A stretch of 64,000 nucleotides of DNA from an uncultured delta proteobacterium. GTDB lineage: Bacteria; Myxococcota_A; Polyangia; Haliangiales; Haliangiaceae. Both the position numbers and the translations under genes were made by a program. Below are positions 42,888 through 51,621 of the stretch, piece by piece; within the stretch, counting starts at the first letter, position 1, and each line of letters opens with the position of its first letter. The stretch is taken from contig CAWKDB010000010.1 in the NCBI GenBank assembly GCA_963848295.1, positions 3,520,001 to 3,584,000 of the forward strand. The letters run 5' to 3'. The notes under the pieces were generated by a model. It saw nothing but the letters and a program-made list of their open reading frames with translations. It ran no database searches and was not told the DNA's origin.

Positions 42888-44363
42888 CTATCGCTTCACG
42901 AGCACATCGTCGATCGTCTGATCGAGGGTCTTCGCGGTGAACGGCTTCTCGAGGAACGCATCGGGCTCGTCCTCGCCGCCGAACCCGCGCCGGCCCTCGG
43001 TGTACCCGGACATCAGGATGATCGCGGCGGCTGGCTGAGTCTGACGCGCGATGGTGAGCACCTCGTAGCCGTTGCGAATCGGCATCATCACGTCGAGCAC
43101 GATCAGGCCGAACCCACCTTCGCGCAGCCGCGCCTCCGCTTCGCCGCCATCGCTCGCGAGCACGACGGTGGCGCCGCGGCGCTCGAGTAGGCGCCGAACG
43201 GTCGCACGGACCGACGGTTCGTCGTCGGCGAGCAGCACCCGAATGCCGGCGAGCGACGCGCGCTTGACGACCTGCCTGCTCGTCGATCGGCGCCGCGGGG
43301 GTGCACCCGGAACGACGCGCAAGCGCACCCGGAACCGCGCGCCCTGGCCCGGTGCCGACTCGACCTCGATGTCACCTCCGAGCCGCCGGACGATGCCGTG
43401 CACCGCCGATAGACCGAGGCCGTGGCGATCGGCTTTCGTCGAAAAGAATGGATCGAAGATCTTGGCGAGCACGTCGGCGTCCATCCCGACCCCGTCGTCC
43501 TCGACCTCGAGCTGCCACCACGTCGCGCCGTCGCGCGCGACGAGGCGCGTCCGCATCGCGACGTTGCCGCCCGGCCGCAGCGCGTCGGACGCGTTCGTGA
43601 CCAGGCTGGTCACGACCTGGCGCATGAGACCGGGGTCAGCTTCGACCGTCACCGAGCCTGCTTCTGGTGCAACGACCAGCGTCGCGTCCTCGCGCACGAT
43701 GCGCGAGAGCGGTTCTTTCGCATCGGCGATCAGCAGATCGGGATCGAGCTTGGTCGTCGCGAAGTGACCGCGCCCCGCGTAAGCGAGGAGCTGGCGAGTC
43801 AGCTGAGTCATCCGCTTTGCGGCCGCTTCGATCCGGCGCAGGGCTTCGCGCGTCGCCTCGCTGAGCGCGGGGTCTTCGCGCACCGCGCTGGCTTCGGCGA
43901 GCACGCTGACGAGCTGGTTGTTGAAGTCGTGGGCGATCCCACCGGCGACCAGGCCCAGGCTCTCGAGCCGCTGCTTCGAATCGACATCGGCGCGTGCGCG
44001 TGCGGCATCGTTCGCGCGCTTGTGCCGTGTGATGTCGATCGCGAACCCGACGACGACCGTGCGGCCGGCATCGCGCACCCACGCGACGTACTCGACCGCG
44101 CGCGGACCGTCGGGCGTATCGAACACGAGCTCGTCGCCGTGCGAGCCGCGTTCGCGCGCCGCATCGACGAGTCGAGCCCACTGGGCCTCGAGCTGCGGCG
44201 CGAGCTCCCAGACCTTGCGAGCGACGATGTGCTCGGCCGGCTTGCCGCACAGCCGCGCGAATGCTTGGTTGATCGCGGCGACCGTTCCGTCGAGCTCGAC
44301 GATCGCTCCCGCGATCGGGATTCGATCGAAGTCGACGATCGCAGCGACGGAGGGTTTCGACAC
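42888..44363 (-). CDS. PAS hybrid histidine kinase
   Basis: [22 protein letters not shown]-terminal receiver. Confidence 0.9.
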   Translation of the reverse strand: MSKPSVAAIVDFDRIPIAGAIVELDGTVAAINQAFARLCGKPAEHIVARKVWELAPQLEAQWARLVDAARERGSHGDELVFDTPDGPRAVEYVAWVRDAGRTVVVGFAIDITRHKRANDAARARADVDSKQRLESLGLVAGGIAHDFNNQLVSVLAEASAVREDPALSEATREALRRIEAAAKRMTQLTRQLLAYAGRGHFATTKLDPDLLIADAKEPLSRIVREDATLVVAPEAGSVTVEADPGLMRQVVTSLVTNASDALRPGGNVAMRTRLVARDGATWWQLEVEDDGVGMDADVLAKIFDPFFSTKADRHGLGLSAVHGIVRRLGGDIEVESAPGQGARFRVRLRVVPGAPPRRRSTSRQVVKRASLAGIRVLLADDEPSVRATVRRLLERRGATVVLASDGGEAEARLREGGFGLIVLDVMMPIRNGYEVLTIARQTQPAAAIILMSGYTEGRRGFGGEDEPDAFLEKPFTAKTLDQTIDDVLVKR

Positions 44364-44539
44364 GGTTGCGAAACTACGAATCGGTCAAGACCGACTGGCC
44401 ACGAGTGCTCGATCGGGTATTTGTCTCGAGCCCCGAGGCCGATCGGGCGAATCCTTGGGCCGAGGGGCCGCGCAACAGCTCAATAGCTCTGCGTACTTGC
44501 TCGGTGTTTCGTCGGCGTGGTACGCACCGTTTCGTCAGT

Positions 44540-46063
44540 ATGCCGTCACTGGATCGCGGAGCGATCGATGCCGATGCCGATCGCGTGGTCCGCAAGCTCA
44601 CTCGAGCAGGCCACAAGACCTACCTTGTAGGTGGATGTGTTCGCGACCTGCTCGTCGGGAGAACGCCGAAGGACTTCGACGTCGCGACCAGCGCCACCCC
44701 GAACGAGATCAAGGCGACGTTTCGCAACTCGCGGATCATCGGCCGCCGGTTCCGCCTCGCGCACGTCTTCTTCGGATCGAAGATCATCGAGACCGCGACG
44801 TTCCGCGCGAATCCGCGCGACGAAGAGGATCACGATCTCCTGATCCGGCGCGACAACGTGTTCGGGACCGAGGTCGAGGACGCTCGGCGGCGCGACTTCA
44901 CGATCAATGGCTTGTTCTACGACGTCGAGAAAGAAGAGGTCATCGATCACGTCGCCGGCCTCGCCGATCTCGAGGCCAAGCTCGTGCGCACGATCGGCGA
45001 CCCGGACATCCGGTTCCAGGAGGATCCGGTGCGGATGCTGCGCGCGATCAAGTTCGCGGCGCGGCTGGATTTCGGGTTCGAGCCGGCGACCTGGCGCGCG
45101 CTACTCCGGTGGCGCAGCGAGATCAGCAAGTGCGCACCGCCGCGCCTGCTCGAGGAGATGCACCGCTTGCTGCGCGGAGGGGCCGCGCGGCGCTCGTTCG
45201 AGCTGATGGTCGAGACCGGCGTGCTCGCGGTCCTGTCGCCGTACCTGGCCGGCCTGCTCGAAGGCCCGGGCGCACCGACGAAGGCGCCGCCGACCGAGTC
45301 CGCCGTGCCGCGGTCCACGATCGCGCGAATCGAGTACGACGAGGACGATCCGGCCGATCGCGATCCCGACGATCCCGCCGCGGAGGCGAGCCCGGAGCCC
45401 GACGGTGCGGATGCGCCGAGCGCCGCCGAGGTTGAAGGCGACGACCTCGACGACGAAGAGCAAGCGTGGCATCGGGTGTGGGCCGACGAGCCGCCGGCGC
45501 GTCCTGCTCACGCCACGCCGGTAAAGCTCAAGTTCATCGCCGGCTCGGGCGATCTCGCGAAGCGCCGAGAGCTCGCTTGGGCCGCGCTCGCGCAGATCGA
45601 TCTCGCGATCGCCGAGGGTCGCGATCCGTCGAATGCGGTCGCGTTCGGTGCGTTACTCGCGCCATTCCTGGGCGACGACTTGCGCGGCGGCGAGCTGCAG
45701 AGCGCGCTCCACGAGCTGTCGCATCCACTGATCTCGCAGCTCCACGTCACGCGCCGCGATAGCGAGCGCATGCGCTACTTGCTGGTCGCGCAGAAAAAGC
45801 TCGCGGTCGCGCGCCGCAAGGGCGGTCAGGCCGAGCTCGCCGGAGGCCGCGAGCAAGTCGACGACGCCGTCTCGCTCTATCAGATCCTCGAGCGCGCCGC
45901 CGGCAACGACCCGGGGCCGCCGCCGACCTCGGTGTCGCCCGGCGAGGGCCGCGACGCCGACGACGACGAGCCGGACGATCCGAACGCACCGCGCAAGCGC
46001 CGCCGCCGCCGCCGCGGTGGTCGTCGTCGTCGCAACGAATCGGTCGCCGCGCGGGGAGACTGA
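44540..46063 (+). CDS. pcnB: Poly(A) polymerase I
   Basis: VGGCVRDLL, KDFDVAT, PAP signature IIGRRFRLAHV, DARRRDFTIN, EDPVRMLRA. Confidence 0.9.
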   Translation: MPSLDRGAIDADADRVVRKLTRAGHKTYLVGGCVRDLLVGRTPKDFDVATSATPNEIKATFRNSRIIGRRFRLAHVFFGSKIIETATFRANPRDEEDHDLLIRRDNVFGTEVEDARRRDFTINGLFYDVEKEEVIDHVAGLADLEAKLVRTIGDPDIRFQEDPVRMLRAIKFAARLDFGFEPATWRALLRWRSEISKCAPPRLLEEMHRLLRGGAARRSFELMVETGVLAVLSPYLAGLLEGPGAPTKAPPTESAVPRSTIARIEYDEDDPADRDPDDPAAEASPEPDGADAPSAAEVEGDDLDDEEQAWHRVWADEPPARPAHATPVKLKFIAGSGDLAKRRELAWAALAQIDLAIAEGRDPSNAVAFGALLAPFLGDDLRGGELQSALHELSHPLISQLHVTRRDSERMRYLLVAQKKLAVARRKGGQAELAGGREQVDDAVSLYQILERAAGNDPGPPPTSVSPGEGRDADDDEPDDPNAPRKRRRRRRGGRRRRNESVAARGD

Positions 46064-46066
46064 CGC

Positions 46067-46917
46067 GTGCCGCTGCCCGGCAAGCTGACCTCCGAGCTCG
46101 TCGGCGAGCTGGTCGATGCCGGCTCCCGCGAGCACTACGCCGACGCCGCGCTGTACGACTACGAGTATCGCCGCCGCCGCGCCGACGTGACGTTCTATCG
46201 CAACCTGGCGCGCGAACGCGACGCGCGGCACATCCTCGAGCTCGGCGCCGGCTCGGGCCGCGTCACGCTGCCGCTCGCTCGCGATGGCCATCGCGTCGTC
46301 GCGCTCGATCAGGCGCCGGCGATGCTCGCGAAGCTGCGCGAACGAGTCGCCGCGGCCCCGGCGGCGGTCGCCGAGCGCATCACGGTAGCGCGCGGCGACC
46401 TGCGCGGGTTTGACGTTCACGGCGAGTTCCCGCTGGTGATCGCCGCGTTCAACGTGCTCGAGCACCTCTATACGCGCGGCGAGGTCGATGCCTGCTTGCG
46501 CTGCGTCGCCGATCACCTGGCGCCCGGGCGGCGTGTTCGCGTTCGATGTCCAGCTCCCCGATCTCGCGTGGCTGATCCGCGATCCGACGAAGCGCTGGGC
46601 GCAAGACCAAGTTCACCGATCCGTCGACCGGTCGCGCGATGTTCTATTCGACGAACCACGACTGCGATCCGATCAACCACATCGTGTTGATCCGGCTCTA
46701 CTACGAGCCCGTCGACGGCAAAGGCCCGACCAACATCGTCAAGCTGTCGCAGCGGAAGTTCTTCCCGGCCGAGCTCGAGGCGCTGATCGCCCATGCCGGC
46801 TTGCGCATCGTCGTGCGCTACGGCGATTTTTCTGGACGCCCGCTCGACGCCTCGGCCGAGAGCCAGGTGATCGTTTGCGAGCGTGCGCCGGTTCGCAAAT
46901 CGCGTCGCCGCCGTTAG
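46067..46917 (+). CDS. Class I SAM-dependent methyltransferase, split by two frameshifts (about 46527 and 46602)
   Basis: ILELGAGSGR; HLAPG/GVFAFD continues in a second frame; C-terminus with YGDF in a third frame. Confidence 0.75.
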
Positions 46918-47075
46918 TCCCCGACGAGGAATTCCCTTTTCCCGTCGAGGATTTGCGCTCCACCGGATCCTCGACGACGAATCAGTTATCCACAGGTTTT
47001 CCTCGACGGAGAATTTCGCCCCAGTGCGGCCGGGATGATCTCCGACGGAGAAAAAGCGATCTCCGACGAGCATTT
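46918..47075. repeat. Array of six TCyyCGACG-purine-rich-AT motifs (five forward, one reverse)
   Basis: CGACG cores at 46922, 46947(-), 46972, 47004, 47043, 47064. Confidence 0.7.
46986..46994 (+). promoter_or_regulatory. Perfect DnaA box TTATCCACA
   Basis: Exact consensus in intergenic DNA. Confidence 0.6.
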
Positions 47076-47145
47076 CCGGAGTTTTTGTCAGTCGGTTCGT
47101 GTAGCGTTCCGCGCACCCAATTACCCCCAGGGAGGGTTCAGCATC

Positions 47146-47493
47146 ATGGGCGAGAAGATTGCGAAGCTCGGAATCAAGCGTGACAACAACCTGATGTACT
47201 ACATCAAGACCGGCGACGTGTGGGCGACCCCGCGTAAGCAGCCGGGTCAGCCGAAGGGCAAGGCCGCGAAGGTCGCCCAGGCTGGCGTCGAGATGGACTA
47301 CAGCAAGTACCTCTACTACCTGGACGGCGACGGCGATGTCGCGCGCAAGGAGCGCCAGGTCGGTGGCAGCAAGCGCAAGAAGAGCGCGAAGGCCGCGCCG
47401 AAGAAGGCGAAGGGCGCGAAGAAGAGCGCTGCCAAGAAGACGGCGAAGAAGTCGGCGAAAAAGGGCGGCGGCAAGAAGGGCAAGCGCAAGTAA
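47146..47493 (+). CDS. Small basic protein: two internal repeats plus histone H1-like Lys/Ala tail
   Basis: GGAGGG RBS; KIAKLGI..YYIKTGDV and KVAQAGV..YYLDGDGDV; KKSAKAAPKKAK tail. Confidence 0.85.
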   Translation: MGEKIAKLGIKRDNNLMYYIKTGDVWATPRKQPGQPKGKAAKVAQAGVEMDYSKYLYYLDGDGDVARKERQVGGSKRKKSAKAAPKKAKGAKKSAAKKTAKKSAKKGGGKKGKRK

Positions 47494-47514
47494 CAGCGCT
47501 TCGGTTCGATCGTT

Positions 47515-47557
47515 GGGCTCGCGACGGAGCGCTCGGGTTCGAGTGCGTCGCGGGCCC
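47515..47557 (+). terminator. Long GC-rich hairpin after the histone-like gene
   Basis: GGGCTCGCGACG..GCGCTCG/CGAGTGC..GTCGCGGGCCC; weak U-tract. Confidence 0.5.
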
Positions 47558-47642
47558 TTCGCCGTTTCGGCGCTCCCGGCCCCACCGTTTGCGGCCTCGC
47601 CCGTTCGATCGCCAGCCCGATTTGCTGTAGCATTTTCGGGAG

Positions 47643-48836
47643 GTGGTGACCCTTCCTTTGTTGTCGCGCGGGCTTCGGCTCACGCTGATCGCCGGCATCA
47701 GCTTTGGCTACATCGCCTGGCATGGGCATTGGCACGACGCGTTCGCGAAGAAGGGTCACTCCGACGACTCGGGCGGCGACGACGATGACGACGACTCGGC
47801 CTCAGGCAGTGGCGACGACAGCGGCGATGACAACAGCGATAGCGACAGCGATAGCGACCAGGACGCCGACAAGGACCAGCCACCGGTCACGGCCGGCGGG
47901 CTCTACACGCTGAAGACCTACCCGGTGCGCGAGAACTCGCGGCCGCTGACGATCACGCATGGGATCACGCAGCTCCGGCTCGGGATCGGGACCGATCTCA
48001 GCGCGAAGGGCGCTTTCGGCTCCGCCGGCATCTCGCTCGAGGCCGAGTACGGCGTGAAGGACAACTTCATGATCGTCGGCGGCCTGACCGACGCCTATAA
48101 CTTCAACCAGTACTCCGCGTACTTCGGGTTCGAGGCGTCGCTGATCTACGATCTGCTCGACTTCCGCGCGGTCGCGAACCTGCACCGCACGGCGTTCTCG
48201 GATTATCAGAACTATTGCTCGCCGCACGTCACCGGCGATCCCGATGACAAGCTCGTTCCGGCGCCCGATGGGAGCCCTCAGTCGACGCTGATCGATCCGA
48301 CGACGTGCAAGAGCCCGGGGGCCGTCATCGCGAGTCTGCCGAACGGCAACTACGAGCACGGCGGTAACAAGTTCTCGATCGATATCGGCTTTCCGTTTCG
48401 CTATGCGTTCCGGCCGGAGATCGCGGTCGTGCTCTTGCAGACCCTGATGTCGATCGACTTCAATGGCACCTCGAAAGATCATGTCGTCCCGGTCCAGTTC
48501 GATACCGGGAACGTGGACGCGAACATGAACGAGATCTTCGCAACGGAGTACAACGCGGTCCCGAACGGCGCCAAACCGGACCTCAACCTGTCGGCCGGCC
48601 TCGCCGCGAACCCGATCCCTCAGCTATCGATAGTCGCGTTCGCCGCGTTCAAGATCCCGGACTTCGACACCTCGGCGGGCAACTTCGAGATCCCGGTCAC
48701 GCTGCGCATCGAAGCGTCGGCGAACCAGCAGCTCGACTTCGGTCTCGAGTTCACGTTGCTCAACGTGATCCCGCCCGATCCGCAAAGCCCGATCGACAAC
48801 CGGTATCTCTCTGCCTTCGTGCAAGCAAGGTTCTAG
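47643..48836 (+). CDS. Exported protein, probable outer-membrane beta-barrel with acidic N-terminal linker
   Basis: Signal-like N-terminus, D/S/G-rich tract, RPLT motif, amphipathic strands, terminal ARF. Confidence 0.7.
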   Translation: MVTLPLLSRGLRLTLIAGISFGYIAWHGHWHDAFAKKGHSDDSGGDDDDDDSASGSGDDSGDDNSDSDSDSDQDADKDQPPVTAGGLYTLKTYPVRENSRPLTITHGITQLRLGIGTDLSAKGAFGSAGISLEAEYGVKDNFMIVGGLTDAYNFNQYSAYFGFEASLIYDLLDFRAVANLHRTAFSDYQNYCSPHVTGDPDDKLVPAPDGSPQSTLIDPTTCKSPGAVIASLPNGNYEHGGNKFSIDIGFPFRYAFRPEIAVVLLQTLMSIDFNGTSKDHVVPVQFDTGNVDANMNEIFATEYNAVPNGAKPDLNLSAGLAANPIPQLSIVAFAAFKIPDFDTSAGNFEIPVTLRIEASANQQLDFGLEFTLLNVIPPDPQSPIDNRYLSAFVQARF

Positions 48837-48842
48837 GGCGGC

Positions 48843-50096
48843 GTGAAGATCTGCCCCCGCTGCTTCACGCGATTTCCGGACGGCGAGCGCTTTTGTCTGC
48901 ACGACTCGGCGGTGCTCGTCGAGGAAGAGGACATCGCTCGGCTCGGCAAGAACATCGGCAACTACCGGCTCGATCGGATCCTCGGTCGCGGCGGGATGGG
49001 CACGGTCTACTTCGGCGAGCACATCTACATCAAGAAGCCGGTCGCCGTGAAAGTGCTGCACCCGCAGTTCGCGCGCTACCAGGAAGCGATCCATCGGTTC
49101 TTGCGCGAGGCGCGCGCCGCGACCGCGATCAACCACCCGAACATCGTCGACGTCACCGACTTCGGCATCCTGCCCGAGGGGCCGGTCTACTTCGTGATGG
49201 AGTTCCTCGAGGGTAAGTCGCTCGAGGATCTGATCGAGAAGGAGGGCGCGGTCGAGCTCCACCGCGCGCTCAACATCGCGAACCAGATCGCGTTCGCGCT
49301 CGAGGCCGCGCACAACGTCGGCGTGATCCACCGCGATCTCAAGCCCGACAACATCATGCTGTTGAAGCGACCCGGTCGACGCGATCTCGTCCGGATGACG
49401 CCCGACCAGCAGTGGATCACCGAGCGCGAGGAATCGTACGACTTCGTCAAGGTCCTGGACTTCGGCATCGCGAAGGTGCTCGTCCAGGACGAGCTGCTCG
49501 CCGAGACCGTGCAAGGCGCGGTGTTCGGTACGCCCGAGTACATGTCGCCCGAGGCGGCGCGCGGCGAGGACGTCGACATCCGCGCCGACGTCTATTCGCT
49601 CGGCGTGATCCTGTTCGACATGCTGTGCGGCCGGCCGCCGTTCGAGGCGCCGCAGTCGAGCGAGGTGCTCGCGATGCACATCCACACCGCGCCGCCATCG
49701 CCGCGCGAGTTCGCGCCCCATCGCGAGATCACCGAGCAAGCCGAGGGCGTGATCTTGAAGGCGATGAACAAGGACGCGAACAAGCGCTACCAGAACATGG
49801 CGGAGTTTCGCAAAGACCTCGAAGGCGCGTACGGTTCGATCATGTACCGCCGTCGCGGTGCGCCGGTCCGCGGGCTCGAGCCGAGGGGCGAAGAGGCGCG
49901 GTCGACGAAAAAACGCCTCACCGAGGAGCTCGACGAGTGGATCACGACCGATCCATCGGGGCTGTCGGTCGAGCAGGCGCGGATGGTCGCTCTCGTCGAG
50001 ACCGCCGAGAAGGCGTTCACGCCGACGTCGATGTCACCGGCCGAGGCCGAGCGCCTCGCGAACGCACTCGACCGCGCCCTCGACGACGACGACTGA
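48843..50096 (+). CDS. Hanks-type Ser/Thr protein kinase with N-terminal Zn-ribbon-like motif
   Basis: CPRC..CLHD; LGRGGMGTVY, AVK, HRDLKPDN, DFG, GTPEYMSPE. Confidence 0.95.
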   Translation: MKICPRCFTRFPDGERFCLHDSAVLVEEEDIARLGKNIGNYRLDRILGRGGMGTVYFGEHIYIKKPVAVKVLHPQFARYQEAIHRFLREARAATAINHPNIVDVTDFGILPEGPVYFVMEFLEGKSLEDLIEKEGAVELHRALNIANQIAFALEAAHNVGVIHRDLKPDNIMLLKRPGRRDLVRMTPDQQWITEREESYDFVKVLDFGIAKVLVQDELLAETVQGAVFGTPEYMSPEAARGEDVDIRADVYSLGVILFDMLCGRPPFEAPQSSEVLAMHIHTAPPSPREFAPHREITEQAEGVILKAMNKDANKRYQNMAEFRKDLEGAYGSIMYRRRGAPVRGLEPRGEEARSTKKRLTEELDEWITTDPSGLSVEQARMVALVETAEKAFTPTSMSPAEAERLANALDRALDDDD

Positions 50097-50280
50097 GCCG
50101 CACGACGACCAAATTTCGGTCGCGCGAAGCACGAGCGAAATCCCTCACGGGGAAGGAGTCCCCCTGCGGGACGACTGAGAGCCGCCAACGATCGCGTCGC
50201 GTACGAGACCTTCGCAGTAGATTTTCCACGGCAAACGTCTGGCCTGGCCCGTACTGGGACATGCTAGCTTGCAGGGAGAC

Positions 50281-50526
50281 ATGTCTGCCAACCAAGCCAA
50301 TACGTCTGGACAGCTGACGCTCCGCAAAGACGTGAAGTTCAACGGAGTCAAAGTGTTCTCCGCGACGATGGTCGCGGATCGCGATCAGCTTGGCGAGAAG
50401 GTGACGAACTGGATCGGCAACCACCAGCACCTCAAGGTGACGGATCTCGTGGTCACGCAGTCGAGCGATGAGGCGTTCCACTGCATCGCGATCACGGTGT
50501 TCTACTGGGAAGAGCCGCGGCGCTAG
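50281..50526 (+). CDS. Small hypothetical protein
   Basis: GGGAG RBS; FNGVKVFSATM..LGEKVTNW..VVTQSSDEAFHCIAITVFY. Confidence 0.8.
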   Translation: MSANQANTSGQLTLRKDVKFNGVKVFSATMVADRDQLGEKVTNWIGNHQHLKVTDLVVTQSSDEAFHCIAITVFYWEEPRR

Positions 50527-50547
50527 CCAGGTCGAGGTCGCGCGGAC

Positions 50548-51621
50548 GTGACGCGCAAGCTCAATTTCTCGTCTGGCCCGGCGGTGCTGCCGGAGAGCGT
50601 GCTGCGGTCGGCGCAGGCGGCACTGTGGGATCTCGATGGCTCGGGCATCGGCATTCTCGAGCACAGCCATCGCAGCAAAGAGTTCGGCCGCGTGCTCGAC
50701 CGCGCCGAGGCGAACGTTCGCGAGCTCGCCGGCGTCGATGACGCGTGGGCGGTGTTGTTCGTCACCTCGGGCGCGACCCCGCACTTCGCGATGATCCCGA
50801 CGAGCTTTCTCGGCGCGGGCGCCACCGCCGACTACTGCCACACCGGCGTATGGTCGGGCAAGGCGATCGATGAGGCGCGCCGCGTCGGCACGGTGCATGT
50901 CGCGTGCAGCTCGGAGGCCGACGACTTCTCGAGCGTGCCGACCGCGATCCAGTGGTCGGCGGCGCCACGCTACTGCCACTACACGAGCAACGAGACGATC
51001 TACGGCACGGAGTGGAGCGCGCCACCGGCCGGTGCCCCCGCGCCGCTCGTGTGCGACGCGTCGAGCGATATCTTTTCGCGACCTTTGCCGATCGCCGGCC
51101 ACGGCCTGATCTATGCGGGTGCACAAAAGAACCTCGGGCCGTCCGGGATTTCGCTCGTGCTCGCGCGCCGCGATTTCTTGGCGAGCGAGAACCCCGACCT
51201 ACCGCCGCTGTCGCGCTACTCGACGTACGCGAAGGAGCGCTCGCTGCACAACACGCCGAACACGTTCGGGATCTGGATGATCGCGGAGGTCTGCGCGTGG
51301 ATCCGGAGCGAGGGCGGACTCGCGGCGATGGCGGCGCGCAACACGCGCAAGGCGACCGCCCTCTACGAGTTCCTCGACCGCAGCAAGCGGTGGCGCGCCC
51401 ACGCGAAGCCGGGCAGTCGCTCGCTGATGAACGTGACGTTCCGCGGCGACAGCGTCGAGCTCGAGGAGGCGATGCTCGCCCGCGCCGAGCACAGCGGGAT
51501 GTACGGCCTGCGCGGTCATCGCTCGGTCGGCGGCCTGCGCGCCAGCTTGTACAACGCGTTTCCCGAGGCGGGGGTCACCGCGTTGATCGACCTGTTGGCC
51601 GAGGTCGAGCTACGCCACTGA
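50548..51621 (+). CDS. serC: Phosphoserine aminotransferase
   Basis: NFSSGPAVLP, EHSHRS, NETIYG, YAGAQKNLGP, GHRSVGGLRASLYNA. Confidence 0.96.
   Translation: MTRKLNFSSGPAVLPESVLRSAQAALWDLDGSGIGILEHSHRSKEFGRVLDRAEANVRELAGVDDAWAVLFVTSGATPHFAMIPTSFLGAGATADYCHTGVWSGKAIDEARRVGTVHVACSSEADDFSSVPTAIQWSAAPRYCHYTSNETIYGTEWSAPPAGAPAPLVCDASSDIFSRPLPIAGHGLIYAGAQKNLGPSGISLVLARRDFLASENPDLPPLSRYSTYAKERSLHNTPNTFGIWMIAEVCAWIRSEGGLAAMAARNTRKATALYEFLDRSKRWRAHAKPGSRSLMNVTFRGDSVELEEAMLARAEHSGMYGLRGHRSVGGLRASLYNAFPEAGVTALIDLLAEVELRH

Noticed and set aside
46918..47075. CRISPR array or oriC
   Set aside because: Repeats are short, degenerate, irregularly spaced and in mixed orientation, with no cas genes; only one DnaA box, and no dnaA or clear unwinding element
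50228..50265. c-di-GMP-I riboswitch (GGCAAAC...TGGGAC)
   Set aside because: Lacks the GNRA loop, the following GCAAAG and the second stem
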